Positions 37,046 through 47,505 of a stretch of 64,000 nucleotides of DNA are shown here, in pieces. The notes beneath the pieces were generated by a model. That model ran no database searches, was not told where the DNA came from, and saw only the letters and a program-made list of their open reading frames with translations. Position 1 is the stretch's first letter, and each line of letters begins with the position of its first letter. Position numbers and translations under genes: made by a program. The stretch comes from Polyangiaceae bacterium (GTDB taxonomy: Bacteria > Myxococcota_A > Polyangia > Polyangiales > Polyangiaceae), in NCBI GenBank assembly GCA_044222475.1, contig JBGANF010000013.1, forward strand, positions 1 through 64,000, written 5' to 3'.

Positions 37046-38995
37046 ATGCAGCGGACCAAGCTCCTCGGCGCGTTGACTCTCGGCGCGAGCCTCTTCGCCG
37101 CGACGTCCGCCCACGCCCAGACCGTCGAGCCCGGGTTCGCGGTCAACCGCTTCGAGCCCTCCGAGCGCAACAACGAGTGGTTCGCGAACGACACCCTCGA
37201 TCTGCGCGGCAAGTTCCGCCCCTCGTTCGGTCTCGTCGTCGACGGCCAGTACCGCCCAATCGTCGCGTATCGCGCCAACGGCGACGTCGTCGCGAGCCCG
37301 GTTCGCAACGTCGGCACGCTCCACCTCGGCGCAGCGGTGAACCTCTTCGACCGCCTCCGCATCGGGTTGAACCTCCCGATCGTCCTCTTCCAGGACGGCC
37401 ACCAGACGACCCTCGGCACGCGCACCATCTCGCTCCCCGCGAACGACCAAGCCCTCGGCGATCTGCGCGTCGGCGCGGACTTCCGCCTCTTCGGCGAGCA
37501 CCTCTCGCCGATCACGATGGCGATCGGCGTCCAGGTCTGGTTCCCCACCGGCAGCCAGGACGACTACACGACCGACGGCAACGTCCGCGTCGCGCCTCGC
37601 GTCACGGTCGCGGGCGACATCGACATCTTCACCTACTCGGCCCGCATCGGCGCCCAGTTCGGGCGGCCCGAGCGTTGGTTCGGCGCTACCAAGTTGGGAC
37701 AAGAGCTCACGTTCGCGGCCGCCGCGGGGCTCCGCGTCATCGACAAGCACCTCGTCGTCGGTCCCGAGGTCTTCGGCAGCACCGTCATCCTGAGCGATCC
37801 GGCGACCGGGAACACGACCGGCCTCGCCGACAATGGCACCGCGCAGACCGCCGTCGAAGGACTGCTCGGCGCGCACTACACCGCTGGCTTCGTTCGGTTC
37901 GGCGCCGGCGGCGGCTTTGGGTTCACGCGAGGCCTCGGCTCGCCCGAGCGTCGTTGGATGGTCAGCTTCGAGATCGTCCCGACCGTGAGCCAAGACACCG
38001 ACGCGGATGGCATCGTCGATCAAGACGACGCCTGCCCGACGGTCGCCGGGGTGAAGAGCGCCGACCCGAAGAAGAACGGCTGCCCGCCCGATCGCGACGG
38101 CGACGGCGTGGTCGACGCGGACGACGCGTGCATCGACGTGCCGGGCCTGAAGACGAGCGATCCGCTGACCAACGGCTGCCCGGCGGTCAAAGACGACGAC
38201 AAGGACGGCATCCCGAACGAGAAGGACGCTTGCCCGGCCGTCCCGGGCGTGAAGCACGACGACCCGAAGAAGAACGGCTGCCCGCCCGACAACGACGGCG
38301 ACGGCATCATCAACGACACGGACGCGTGCCCCGACCTCGCCGGCGTCCCCGATCCGGATCCGAGGAAGAACGGCTGCCCGCCCGACAAGGACGAGGACGG
38401 CATCCTCGACAAGGACGACGCCTGCATCGACGTGAAGGGCGTCCCTTCGACGAAGCCCGAGTTCAACGGGTGCCCGGCCGACCTCGACTCCGACACGATC
38501 GCGAACGAGGTCGACGCCTGCCCGCGCGAGCCGGGGAAGGCCAACGCCGACCCGACCAAGAACGGCTGCCCGACCGCCTACATCGCGCAGGGCTCGATCA
38601 AGATCCTCGACCAGGTGAAGTTCAAGACCGCGAGCGCGGAGATCCTCCCGGGCAAGGACAGCCAAGAGATCCTCCAGGCCGTCCTCGAGATCCTGAAGAC
38701 CCACCCCGAGGTGAAGAAGGTCAGCGTCGAGGGCCACACCGACAGCGTCGGCAACCCTCAGTTCAACAAGACGCTGAGCGCGAACCGCGCGGCCTCGGTC
38801 GTGAAGTGGTTGGTCACCCACGGGATCGACAAGGCCCGCCTCACGAGCGCCGGCTTCGGGCCGGATCGCCCCATCGCCGACAACGCGACCGATGACGGGA
38901 AGCGCCAGAACCGGCGGGTGGAGTTCCACATCGTGGAGGGCGGCGGCGCCGACGGAACCACGGTGACGACTCCGCCACCTGCCCCCAAACCCTGA
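37046..38995 (+). CDS. OmpA-family protein with beta-barrel and thrombospondin type-3-like repeats (TraB-like architecture)
   Basis: Signal peptide; six DxDxDGIxDxxDACP...NGCP repeats; C-terminal OmpA domain. Confidence 0.85.
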   Translation: MQRTKLLGALTLGASLFAATSAHAQTVEPGFAVNRFEPSERNNEWFANDTLDLRGKFRPSFGLVVDGQYRPIVAYRANGDVVASPVRNVGTLHLGAAVNLFDRLRIGLNLPIVLFQDGHQTTLGTRTISLPANDQALGDLRVGADFRLFGEHLSPITMAIGVQVWFPTGSQDDYTTDGNVRVAPRVTVAGDIDIFTYSARIGAQFGRPERWFGATKLGQELTFAAAAGLRVIDKHLVVGPEVFGSTVILSDPATGNTTGLADNGTAQTAVEGLLGAHYTAGFVRFGAGGGFGFTRGLGSPERRWMVSFEIVPTVSQDTDADGIVDQDDACPTVAGVKSADPKKNGCPPDRDGDGVVDADDACIDVPGLKTSDPLTNGCPAVKDDDKDGIPNEKDACPAVPGVKHDDPKKNGCPPDNDGDGIINDTDACPDLAGVPDPDPRKNGCPPDKDEDGILDKDDACIDVKGVPSTKPEFNGCPADLDSDTIANEVDACPREPGKANADPTKNGCPTAYIAQGSIKILDQVKFKTASAEILPGKDSQEILQAVLEILKTHPEVKKVSVEGHTDSVGNPQFNKTLSANRAASVVKWLVTHGIDKARLTSAGFGPDRPIADNATDDGKRQNRRVEFHIVEGGGADGTTVTTPPPAPKP

Positions 38996-39009
38996 GTTTC
39001 GGGCTCCGT

Positions 39010-39036
39010 CCCTGGCGCCCTGGCGTCCTGGCGGTT
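39010..39036. repeat. Short 8-bp tandem repeat (C/T)CCTGGCG x3 followed by GTT
   Basis: Copies at 39010-17, 39018-25 and 39026-33, just after the OmpA stop. Confidence 0.6.
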
Positions 39037-39071
39037 TCTTCCTCTCGGAGCCTGCACCGGGCCGACGGTGC

Positions 39072-39159
39072 TTGACCGAAAGGGGTCGTCGATGTAGGTT
39101 CCGCGCCCCAGTTGGTGGTTGGACACGCGGAACCCCATCCGGGGTGACCGCGTTTTTTT
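39072..39159 (+). promoter_or_regulatory. rimP-nusA operon promoter and terminator-like leader hairpin
   Basis: TTGACC-17-TAGGTT (39072-39100); hairpin 39125-39153 followed by a T7 run. Confidence 0.7.
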
Positions 39160-39744
39160 ATGCTCGAAATGGCCCTTTCCACTCCCAAGACAGGCTCCGA
39201 GAACCTCGGCGGCGCCCTCGGCGTCGACCGCAAGCGCCTGCTCGACGTGATCGAGCCGGTGGTCTTCGGCCACGGAGCGGAGATCGTCGACGTCGAGCTG
39301 AAGAACGAATCGGGCTGGATTCTTCGAGTCTTCGTCGAGAAAGCGGGCAGCGCGGACAAGAACGCTTCCGTCGTCGATGCCGCCGTCAGCCTCGAGCTCT
39401 GCGCCAACGTGTCGCGCGACCTGTCGCCCGCCCTCGACGTCGCGGACCTCATCCCCGTTCGGTACAACCTCGAGATCAGCTCGCCAGGTCTCGAGCGCCC
39501 GCTCCGGTCGGCCCGCGATTTCAGCCGTTTCGAGGGACAAAAAGCCAAGATCCGAGTGACGAACCCGGTCGCGGGACAGAGGGTCCTCGTCGGGAAGCTC
39601 GGCCCCGTGTCGTCGGGAAACGTGGCCGTCGTCGACGGCTCGCGCACCTTCGAGGTGCCCCTCGCCGACGTCGAGAAAGCTCACCTCGTCTTCGAGTTTG
39701 GACCGGCTCCCAAGCCTGGGAAGAAGAACGCATCAAGGAAATGA
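39160..39744 (+). CDS. rimP: Ribosome maturation factor RimP
   Basis: ILRVFVEK and YNLEISSPGLERPL motifs; first gene of the nusA-infB operon. Start may be 39169. Confidence 0.93.
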   Translation: MLEMALSTPKTGSENLGGALGVDRKRLLDVIEPVVFGHGAEIVDVELKNESGWILRVFVEKAGSADKNASVVDAAVSLELCANVSRDLSPALDVADLIPVRYNLEISSPGLERPLRSARDFSRFEGQKAKIRVTNPVAGQRVLVGKLGPVSSGNVAVVDGSRTFEVPLADVEKAHLVFEFGPAPKPGKKNASRK

Positions 39745-41369
39745 CGACCATGGCAACTCAGACCGCTCAAGCCCCCGATCTGAACCTCCTCCAAGCGATC
39801 GAAATGGTCGCGAAGGACAAGGGCATCGACAAGACGCGCCTCGTGAAGACCGTCGAAGAGGCGATCCTCAAGGCAGCGCAGAGCGTCTTCGGTCCGAATC
39901 GGGAGATGGAAGCCCGCTTCAACGAAGAGTCCGGTCAGGTCGACCTCTTCCAGTACATGACCGTCGTCGACGACCCGTCGGACGACGAGCGCGAAATTTC
40001 CCTCGAAGATGCGCAGAAGGCTGGCCTCGAGGCGGAGCTCGGCGAGGAGCTCGGCTTCCAGATCTTCTGGCACCCGAGCGACGCGAAGAAGGCCCAGGAG
40101 CAGGATCGCGAGTTCGGCGATCTCCTGATGGTGAAGCAGGCGCGCAGCCAGTTCGGCCGCATCGCCGCCCAGACCGCGAAGCAGGTCCTCATCCAGCGCG
40201 TCCGCGACGAAGAGCGCGACCTCATCTTCAACGAGTTCAAGGACAAGAAGGGCCAGCTCATCAAGGGCACCGTCCGCCGCTTCGAGAAGGGCAACAACCT
40301 CATCGTCGATCTCGATCGCACCGAGGGCATCCTCCCGTTCCGCGAGCAGACCCCGCGTGAGTCGTACCGCCCCGGCGATCGCATCGTCGCGTACGTCAAA
40401 GACATCGACCGCGAGGCCCGCGGGCCGCAGATCATCCTGTCTCGCGCCGATCCGCGCCTCGTCGAGAAGCTCTTCGAGTCGGAGGTCCCGGAGATCTACG
40501 AAGGCATCGTCCGCATCGTCGCGTGCGCGCGCGAGCCGGGCGCTCGCTCCAAGATCGCCGTCACCAGCCGCGACGCGGACGTCGATCCGGTGGGCGCGTG
40601 CGTCGGCATGAAGGGCTCGCGAGTGCAGGCCGTCGTGCAAGAGCTCCGCGGCGAGAAGATCGACATCGTCCCGTACGACAAGGACCCGGCGCGCTTCGTG
40701 TGCGCCGCGATCCAGCCGGCCGAGGTCAACAAGGTCATCGTCGACGAAGCCGACAACCGCATGGAGCTCGTCGTCCCCGACGAGAAGCTCTCGCTCGCGA
40801 TTGGTCGCAAGGGCCAGAACGTGCGCCTCGCGGCGCAGCTCACTGGCTGGAAGCTCGACATCATCAGCGAAGCGAAATTCCGCCAGATGGAAGAAGAGGC
40901 GATCGCCTCGCTCCAGCGCGTCGAGGGCGTCACCGACGTCATCGCGCGCGGCATGTACCGCGTCGGCTTCCGCGCCATCGAGGAGCTCGCCGAGGCGACC
41001 GAGCAAGAGCTCGCGTCCGTCCCCGGCATCACGAGCCCCGAGTTCGCGCAGAAGATCAAGGAGGACGCCGAGGCCACGATGGAGCGTCTCCGTCAGGAGC
41101 GCATCAAGGCCGCGTCGTCGCGCGTCGAGCCCCTCACCGAGCGCGAGCGACTCCTGTTCGTGCGCGGCGTCGGCGAGCGCACCGTGACCCTCCTCGAAGA
41201 GGCGGGATACAAGAGCGTCGAGGACGTCCGCCGCGAAGACGAGGACAAGCTCGCCATCAAGACGGGCCTCGGCATCAAGAAGGCGCGCGCGTTGAAGGCA
41301 GGGGTCGAGCACTTCCTCGGCAGCGAGTGGCGCGAAATCGAGAGCGCGCGAAAGGCCGCAAAGGCTTGA
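39741..41369 (+). CDS. nusA: Transcription elongation factor NusA
   Basis: FGRIAAQTAKQV, S1, KH (REPGARSK, AIGRKGQNVRLA), C-terminal HhH extensions. Confidence 0.97.
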   Translation: MTTMATQTAQAPDLNLLQAIEMVAKDKGIDKTRLVKTVEEAILKAAQSVFGPNREMEARFNEESGQVDLFQYMTVVDDPSDDEREISLEDAQKAGLEAELGEELGFQIFWHPSDAKKAQEQDREFGDLLMVKQARSQFGRIAAQTAKQVLIQRVRDEERDLIFNEFKDKKGQLIKGTVRRFEKGNNLIVDLDRTEGILPFREQTPRESYRPGDRIVAYVKDIDREARGPQIILSRADPRLVEKLFESEVPEIYEGIVRIVACAREPGARSKIAVTSRDADVDPVGACVGMKGSRVQAVVQELRGEKIDIVPYDKDPARFVCAAIQPAEVNKVIVDEADNRMELVVPDEKLSLAIGRKGQNVRLAAQLTGWKLDIISEAKFRQMEEEAIASLQRVEGVTDVIARGMYRVGFRAIEELAEATEQELASVPGITSPEFAQKIKEDAEATMERLRQERIKAASSRVEPLTERERLLFVRGVGERTVTLLEEAGYKSVEDVRREDEDKLAIKTGLGIKKARALKAGVEHFLGSEWREIESARKAAKA

Positions 41370-41379
41370 GCAGACCAGA

Positions 41380-41994
41380 ATGACGATGACCGAAATCCCG
41401 AACACGAGAGCGACGAACGAGCGCACCTGCGTGGGCTGCGGCGAGAAAGCCGTGGCCGATGCGATGGTGCGCCTCGTCGTGTCTCCGGCGGGTGAAATTG
41501 CGGTCGACGCAGCCGGTGGCGCGTTCGGTCGCGGGGCCCACGTTCACGGCACGGCGGCCTGCGTCGCCCGCGCCGCGAAGGGCGGGCTCTCCCGCGCGTT
41601 CAAGCGGGAGATCAAAGTGACGAGCGCAGAGCTCGCGCGGATGATCGGCGATGCGCTCGGTCGCCGAGCGATCGGACTCCTCGCGTCTGCGCGGAGCGCG
41701 GGCTGGCTCGCCATCGGGACCGACGCCTCGGTAGAGGCGCTGCGGGAGGGCGCGCCCCTCGTCGTCGTCGCGGTCGACGCAGCGGCGGCGGCGCACGTCC
41801 ACGCCGTCGAGCAAGCCGTCGCCGAAGGGCGCGCGGTGGCGTTCGGTCGGAAGTCGGAGCTCGGCAAGCTCCTGGGGAAAGAGGAAGTCGCGGTCATCGC
41901 GATCACCCATCGGGGGATCGCGGGGCACGTCGCTTCGCTAGTAAGGACCGCGAACGCGGTCGCCGTGGAACTCGGTGGTTCGGAGGATCGATGA
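41380..41994 (+). CDS. ylxR: YlxR (DUF448)-L7Ae/YlxQ fusion protein
   Basis: ERTCVGC...GRGAHV then L7Ae-like LLASARSAG...ELGKLLGK; located between nusA and infB. Confidence 0.85.
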   Translation: MTMTEIPNTRATNERTCVGCGEKAVADAMVRLVVSPAGEIAVDAAGGAFGRGAHVHGTAACVARAAKGGLSRAFKREIKVTSAELARMIGDALGRRAIGLLASARSAGWLAIGTDASVEALREGAPLVVVAVDAAAAAHVHAVEQAVAEGRAVAFGRKSELGKLLGKEEVAVIAITHRGIAGHVASLVRTANAVAVELGGSEDR

Positions 41995-44735
41995 GCAAGG
42001 TGCGCGTATACGAAGCTGCGAAGCAGCTCAACGTAGACCCGAAGGCGGCGGTGGCACTGTTCCAAGCGATCGGCATCGCCGACGTGCGGAACCACATGAG
42101 CTCGGTCGAACCCGAAGCCATCGAGCGCGTGAAGCGCCACATGGAAAAGGCCAAGACGCACGACGTCGTCGAAGAGCGAATCCGGCCGACCGTCGTGAAG
42201 CGACGTGCCGTCGCCAAGACCGAAGGCGCGTCGACGTCCGCACCGGCGATCCCGGCGCCGCCGCCGTCGATGCCGCAGATCGCGCCTCCTCCTCCGAGCG
42301 TGACCGAGACCAACGGACACGGCGCGCGCGAGCGCGAGTCGGGCCGCCTCCCCGAGATCCCCGCCGAGCGCAAGAGCGCGCGCGCGGTCGAGCCCGCGGC
42401 CGTTCCGCCCGCGCCTCCGTCGTCGCGCAAGAGCACCCGCTCGCTCGACGTGCCCGAGGCCCCGAAGAGCCAACCCAAGAAGTCCACGCGCAGCGTCCCG
42501 CGCCTCCCTGAAGACGAGCCGGTCGAAGCAGCCGCTCCGGTCGAGGTCGCGCCGCCGCCGTCGCCGCCGCCGCCCCCGCCGGTCGAGGTCGCGCCGCCCT
42601 CGCCGCCGCCTCCTCCTCCCGCCGCACCCGAGGTCGAAGCGCCTCCGGCCCGCTCCACCGCGCCGAAGACCGGCGTCGAGTACTGGGCCGGTCGTCCCGG
42701 CGTCCCGATGCCGACCCCCGCGTCCGCTCCGCGCACCGCGATCGGTGGCGGTCCCGCTGGCGCGATGCCGCGTCGCGTTCAGTACGATCCGCGAAGCGGA
42801 ACGTCCGGCGGCATGGGCCGTCCGGGTGCGCGCCCGCCGATGCAGGGCGGTCGCCCCGGCATGCAGGGTCGCGGTCCGCACTCGCGCCGCCCCGGCCAGA
42901 TGGGCATGCAGCCGATGCGCACCCGCTCGGGGGTCGTCTCCACCCAGGAGATGAGCGCGCACAAGAAGGTCATCCGCATCGAGGAGAACATCACCCTCGG
43001 CGCGATGGCCGCGAAGATGAGCCTCAAGGCCACCGAGCTCCTGATGAAGCTCCTCGGCATGGGGATGACCGGCATCCACATCAACAGCACGCTCGACGCG
43101 GACACCGCGAAGATCCTCGCCTCGGAGTTCGGCTGGGAAGTCGAAGACGTCGCGGTCAGCGAGGAAGACAGCCTCGCCGCCGCGCGTGGCGAAGACTCGA
43201 CCGCTCCGGCGGCCATCGTCGACGAAGGCGCAGAGACGCGCCCGCCCGTCGTCACCGTCATGGGTCACGTCGACCACGGCAAGACGAGCCTCCTCGACAA
43301 GATCCGCAAGGCGAACGTCGCCGCGGGCGAAGCCGGCGGCATCACGCAGCACATCGGCGCCTACAAGGTGACGACCCCGAACGGCGTCATCGTCTTCCTC
43401 GACACGCCGGGCCACGAAGCGTTCACCCAGATGCGCGCACGCGGCGCCAGCGTGACCGACATCGTCGTCCTCGTCGTTGCAGCCGACGACGGCGTCATGC
43501 CGCAGACGAAGGAAGCCGTCTCTCACGCGAAGGCGGCGAAGGTTCCGATCATCGTCGCGGTGAACAAGATCGACAAGCCGGGCGCCGAGCCCGAGCGCGC
43601 CCGTCGCGAGCTCGTCGAGCTGGGCCTCCAGCCGGAAGACTGGGGCGGCGACACGATGTACGTGAACGTCTCCGCGCTCACCGGCGAAGGCATCCCGCAG
43701 CTCCTCGAAGCGATCGCGCTTCAATCCGAGGTCATGGAGCTCAAGGCCAACGCGAAGAAGCCGGCGAGCGGCGTCGTCCTCGAGGCCCTCCTCGATCGCG
43801 GTCGCGGTCCGGTCGCGCGCGTCCTCGTTCAGGACGGCACGCTCAAGGTCGGCGACTTCGTCCTCGCGGGTCCCGGCTTCGGCAAGGTCCGCGCGATGAC
43901 GAACGAGCACGGCAAGCAGATCCACGAGGCAGGGCCGGCGACTCCGGTCGAGATCCTCGGCTTGTCCGACGTGCCGGGCGCCGGCGACGCGGTCCACGCC
44001 GTGCGCGACGCGAAGAAGGCCCAAGAGATCGCCGAGAGCCGCAAAGGGAAGATGGCGAAGAGCCTCATCCCGGCGACGGCCAAGGTGTCCCTCGAAGAGC
44101 TCTCGCGCAGCCTCAGCGAGACCGATCAGCGCGATCTTCGCCTCATCATCAAGGGCGACGTGCAGGGCTCGGTCGAAGCCGTGGCCGACGCGCTCGCGAA
44201 GCTCTCCACCGATCGCGTGAAGTGCTCGATCATCCACGCCGGCGTCGGCGCAATCACCGAGGGCGACATCAACCTCGCCATCGCGGCGAAGGCGATCGTC
44301 ATCGGCTTCAACGTGCGCCCGGCCGGCAAGGCCAGCGCGCTCGCCGAAGAGAACCAGATCGAGATCCGCACCTACTCGATCATCTACAACGCCGTCGATG
44401 ACGTCCGCTCCGCGATGGAAGGCCTCTTGCCCGCCACCCTGGTCGAGAAGGTCAACGGTCGGGCCGAGGTTCGCCAGATCTTCAAGATCAAGAACCAGGT
44501 CATCGGCGGCTCGTACGTGGTCCAGGGCACCGTCAAGCGTGGCCCCGTCCGCGTGATCCGCGGCAACGAGGTCCTCCACACCGGCAAGACCTCGGCGCTC
44601 AAGCGCTTCAAGGACGACGTCAAAGAGGTGGCCGAAGGCTTCGAGTGCGGCATCAGCGTCGAAGGCTGGACCGATCTGAAGGAGCTCGACATCCTGGAGA
44701 GCTTCGACATCGAAGAGGTCAAGCAGAAGCTGTGA
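41991..44735 (+). CDS. infB: Translation initiation factor IF-2
   Basis: [24 protein letters not shown] and GFECGI motifs. Confidence 0.98.
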   Translation: MSKVRVYEAAKQLNVDPKAAVALFQAIGIADVRNHMSSVEPEAIERVKRHMEKAKTHDVVEERIRPTVVKRRAVAKTEGASTSAPAIPAPPPSMPQIAPPPPSVTETNGHGARERESGRLPEIPAERKSARAVEPAAVPPAPPSSRKSTRSLDVPEAPKSQPKKSTRSVPRLPEDEPVEAAAPVEVAPPPSPPPPPPVEVAPPSPPPPPPAAPEVEAPPARSTAPKTGVEYWAGRPGVPMPTPASAPRTAIGGGPAGAMPRRVQYDPRSGTSGGMGRPGARPPMQGGRPGMQGRGPHSRRPGQMGMQPMRTRSGVVSTQEMSAHKKVIRIEENITLGAMAAKMSLKATELLMKLLGMGMTGIHINSTLDADTAKILASEFGWEVEDVAVSEEDSLAAARGEDSTAPAAIVDEGAETRPPVVTVMGHVDHGKTSLLDKIRKANVAAGEAGGITQHIGAYKVTTPNGVIVFLDTPGHEAFTQMRARGASVTDIVVLVVAADDGVMPQTKEAVSHAKAAKVPIIVAVNKIDKPGAEPERARRELVELGLQPEDWGGDTMYVNVSALTGEGIPQLLEAIALQSEVMELKANAKKPASGVVLEALLDRGRGPVARVLVQDGTLKVGDFVLAGPGFGKVRAMTNEHGKQIHEAGPATPVEILGLSDVPGAGDAVHAVRDAKKAQEIAESRKGKMAKSLIPATAKVSLEELSRSLSETDQRDLRLIIKGDVQGSVEAVADALAKLSTDRVKCSIIHAGVGAITEGDINLAIAAKAIVIGFNVRPAGKASALAEENQIEIRTYSIIYNAVDDVRSAMEGLLPATLVEKVNGRAEVRQIFKIKNQVIGGSYVVQGTVKRGPVRVIRGNEVLHTGKTSALKRFKDDVKEVAEGFECGISVEGWTDLKELDILESFDIEEVKQKL

Positions 44736-44739
44736 GCCC

Positions 44740-45057
44740 ATGCACGTCGGAGTGATGCGGTTGTCTCTCCACGTGCCTCACGCGCGTTCGCTCAAGGACA
44801 AGCGCAGCGTCGTGCGTCGCTTCCGCGACCGCGTCCGCGCTCGGTTCGACGTGTCCATCGCCGAGGTCGACGCGCAGGATCTCCTGCAGCGCGCGGTCTT
44901 CGGCGTGAGCGTCGTGTCGTCGGATCACGCGGTGTGCGAGCGCCTGCTCGAGCAGGTCGCGCGCGAGGCCGAGACCCAACCGGACGCGGTCCTCCTCGAC
45001 CGCAGCACCGAGATCATCCCCTTCGGGGACGAGCTGTACGGAGACAGTGATGGCTGA
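44740..45057 (+). CDS. DUF503 (YlxP) family protein
   Basis: SLKDKRSVV...FDVSIAEV; canonical position between infB and rbfA. Confidence 0.88.
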   Translation: MHVGVMRLSLHVPHARSLKDKRSVVRRFRDRVRARFDVSIAEVDAQDLLQRAVFGVSVVSSDHAVCERLLEQVAREAETQPDAVLLDRSTEIIPFGDELYGDSDG

Positions 45058-45427
45058 AGTGAAGCGAGCAGTGCGAGTCGCAGCGCGAGTGCAGCAGGAG
45101 CTCGCGGAGCTCCTCCAGCGCAAGGTGAAGGACCCGCGAGTCGTCGGGGTCGTCATCTCGCGCGTCGCCATGACCGACGATCTGCGGCTCGTCCGGGTGA
45201 AGTTTCGGCTGCTCGAGAGCAACGCCGACGAGCGTCGCGACGAAGCGCTCGAGGGCCTGCGCAAGGCGACGCCGCTCCTGCGTCGCGAGCTCACCCGCGC
45301 CGCCGGTCTCCGGGTCGCGCCCGAGATCACGTTCTTCCACGACGACGGGATCGACGACGTGCTCAACGTCGAGCGGCTTCTCCACGAGATCGCGACCGAG
45401 AAGAAGAAGAAACCGAAGAACGGATGA
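45050..45427 (+). CDS. rbfA: Ribosome-binding factor A
   Basis: KDPR, MTDDLR and LRVAPEITFFHD motifs; operon position. Confidence 0.92.
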   Translation: MAEVKRAVRVAARVQQELAELLQRKVKDPRVVGVVISRVAMTDDLRLVRVKFRLLESNADERRDEALEGLRKATPLLRRELTRAAGLRVAPEITFFHDDGIDDVLNVERLLHEIATEKKKKPKNG

Positions 45428-46041
45428 CGGCGCGGATCGAGCAGCTTCGGGTGCTCCACGCCGAGCTTGCACGGTGCACCAAGTGTCCCAACATGGTACG
45501 ACCGGTCGTCCACGGTCCGGCCATCGAGACGCCGATCTTCGTCCTGGGTCAGGCGCCAGGCCCGCGCGAAGGCGCGCTGGGGCGGCCGTTCGCGTGGACG
45601 GCCGGCAAGACGCTGTTTCGGTGGCTCGCCGAGCCGACCGGCGCGGACGAAGACACGATTCGCCGCCGCGTCTACTTCGCCGCGGTCGCGCGGTGTTTTC
45701 CGGGGAAGGCCAAGGGCGGCGGCGATCGCAAACCCGACCCGACCGAAATCGCCGCGTGCAAACCGTGGCTCGAGCGCGAGACCCATCTTCTTCGCCCCGA
45801 GCTCGTCGTCCCGGTCGGCGCGCTCGCGATCGCCGAGGTCCTCGGCCACACCGGCAAGCTGGACGCGATCATCGGCACGAAGAAGCGCGCGCGCTATCAC
45901 GGCGTCGACGTCGACGTGATCCCGCTCCCGCATCCCAGCGGCGCTTCGACGTGGCATCGCGTCGAGCCGGGGGTCACGCTCCTCCGGCGCGCCCTGAACC
46001 TCCTCGCCAAACACCCCGCGATTCGAAGCCAGTTCCGCTGA
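45424..46041 (+). CDS. Uracil-DNA glycosylase superfamily protein
   Basis: CxxC, GQAPG, RCFPG and LPHPSG motifs. Confidence 0.88.
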   Translation: MTARIEQLRVLHAELARCTKCPNMVRPVVHGPAIETPIFVLGQAPGPREGALGRPFAWTAGKTLFRWLAEPTGADEDTIRRRVYFAAVARCFPGKAKGGGDRKPDPTEIAACKPWLERETHLLRPELVVPVGALAIAEVLGHTGKLDAIIGTKKRARYHGVDVDVIPLPHPSGASTWHRVEPGVTLLRRALNLLAKHPAIRSQFR

Positions 46042-46059
46042 CTGAGCTATGCTCGACCC

Positions 46060-47409
46060 GTGGGGAACCGCGCGCTCTGGGGAACATCGATGCTCGTCGC
46101 GGCGACCCTCGTCGCGTGCTCGCTCCTCACGAACCTCGGTGATCTCGATCGCACGCACGACGCGAGCGTCGGAGGCGACGGTGGGACGCCCGATGTCGCG
46201 CCCGACGGCGCGATCGTCTTCGACGCGAGCTTCGACGCCCTGGCGAACGACGTCTACTCGATCGCAGTCGTGCCGTCGTTCATCGCGATCGACCCGGGCA
46301 CGTCGGGCGACGTCACCGTCAACGCCACGCGCGCGAACGGCTTCACCTCGCCGATCGTGCTGAGCTTGGTCAACCCTCCGAACGGCATCACGTTCAACCC
46401 CGCGACGATCTTCGGCGCATCGGCGACGCTCTCCATCTCCGTCGCGGCGAACGCGATCGAGGGCAGCGAGGGCAACATCGAGGTCCGCGGCGATTGCGAC
46501 GCCGGGCCGAGCAACGCGCCGCTGCGGGTGCGGATTGGTCACGTGCTCGAGTCGATCGCGGCCGACAAGACGTTCAAGGTTCCGCCGGGCGTGACGAAGC
46601 TCGTCTTCAAGCTGTGGGGCGCGGGTGGAGGCGGCGGTTGCGACCTTGGCAACTCGGCGGGGACGCCTGGGAGCGGCGGAGCCGGTGGGTTCGCGTCGGG
46701 CACGCTCGACGTCGTCGCCGGCGAGGTTCTGACGATCGTCGTCGGGACCGGCGGCGGCGGAGCGCTCGGCGCGGCGGGGGGCGGTGGCGGCTACACCGCG
46801 GTGGCGCGCAACGACGGAGGGACGATGCTCCTCGTCGCGGGCGGCGGTGGAGGAGGTGGCGGCGTCGGATCCGGCAGCATCCTCGATGGTGCGAACGGCG
46901 GCGCTGGCGGCGGCGATGCCGGCGCGAACGGATCGAGCGCGGCGAGCGGGCAGGGAGCGACGGTGACGACGAACGGACTACCAGGAGCTCGCAACCCGCA
47001 GGTCTACAGCCCGGGGCTCGGCGGCAATCCGCTGCTCGGTGGTGACGGTTGGAGAGACCTGAACGTGGGCGTGACGGGCGCGGGCAAGCCGGGAGGCGGC
47101 GGAGGCGGAACGAGCTTCGGCGGCGCGCTCGGCGGCGGGGGCGGCGGCGGTGGTTGGCGTGGCGGCGGCGGCGGTGCCGGCGGTGATGCGAACACGTACG
47201 CAGCGGCGGCCGGCGGTGGAGGCTCCGGGTACGTCGCGCCGATCGTGCTCGGTCCTTCGGTGCTCGCTGGCGTCGCCAAGGTTCCCCCGATGACGACCGA
47301 CAAAGCGTACGGCGTCGGAGTCGGCGTCGGCGGCAACGGCGCGCCGAGCGGCGGTGCGGCGGCGGGCTCGAGCGGTGGACCGGGACGTGTAGTCATCCTG
47401 TATCCGTGA
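46060..47409 (+). CDS. Lipoprotein with an Ig-like domain and a glycine-rich domain
   Basis: LVAC lipobox; WGAGGGGG, GGAGG, VVGTGG and LLVAGGGGG Gly-rich pattern. Confidence 0.75.
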   Translation: MGNRALWGTSMLVAATLVACSLLTNLGDLDRTHDASVGGDGGTPDVAPDGAIVFDASFDALANDVYSIAVVPSFIAIDPGTSGDVTVNATRANGFTSPIVLSLVNPPNGITFNPATIFGASATLSISVAANAIEGSEGNIEVRGDCDAGPSNAPLRVRIGHVLESIAADKTFKVPPGVTKLVFKLWGAGGGGGCDLGNSAGTPGSGGAGGFASGTLDVVAGEVLTIVVGTGGGGALGAAGGGGGYTAVARNDGGTMLLVAGGGGGGGGVGSGSILDGANGGAGGGDAGANGSSAASGQGATVTTNGLPGARNPQVYSPGLGGNPLLGGDGWRDLNVGVTGAGKPGGGGGGTSFGGALGGGGGGGGWRGGGGGAGGDANTYAAAAGGGGSGYVAPIVLGPSVLAGVAKVPPMTTDKAYGVGVGVGGNGAPSGGAAAGSSGGPGRVVILYP

Positions 47410-47505
47410 ACGCAGCTGCGCTTCCGCAGTCGGTTCGGGTCCCACTCGGCCCCACATGAATCGGTGCGAATGAACGCCGGGTTCGCCCCGTCCGACGGTA
47501 CACCT

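Noticed and set aside
37995..38575. DNA repeat array in the OmpA gene
   Set aside because: Explained by protein-level TSP3-like repeats.
39072..39740. N-terminally extended NusA (765 aa)
   Set aside because: The extension overlaps the promoter and rimP in another frame. NusA homology begins at ~39741.
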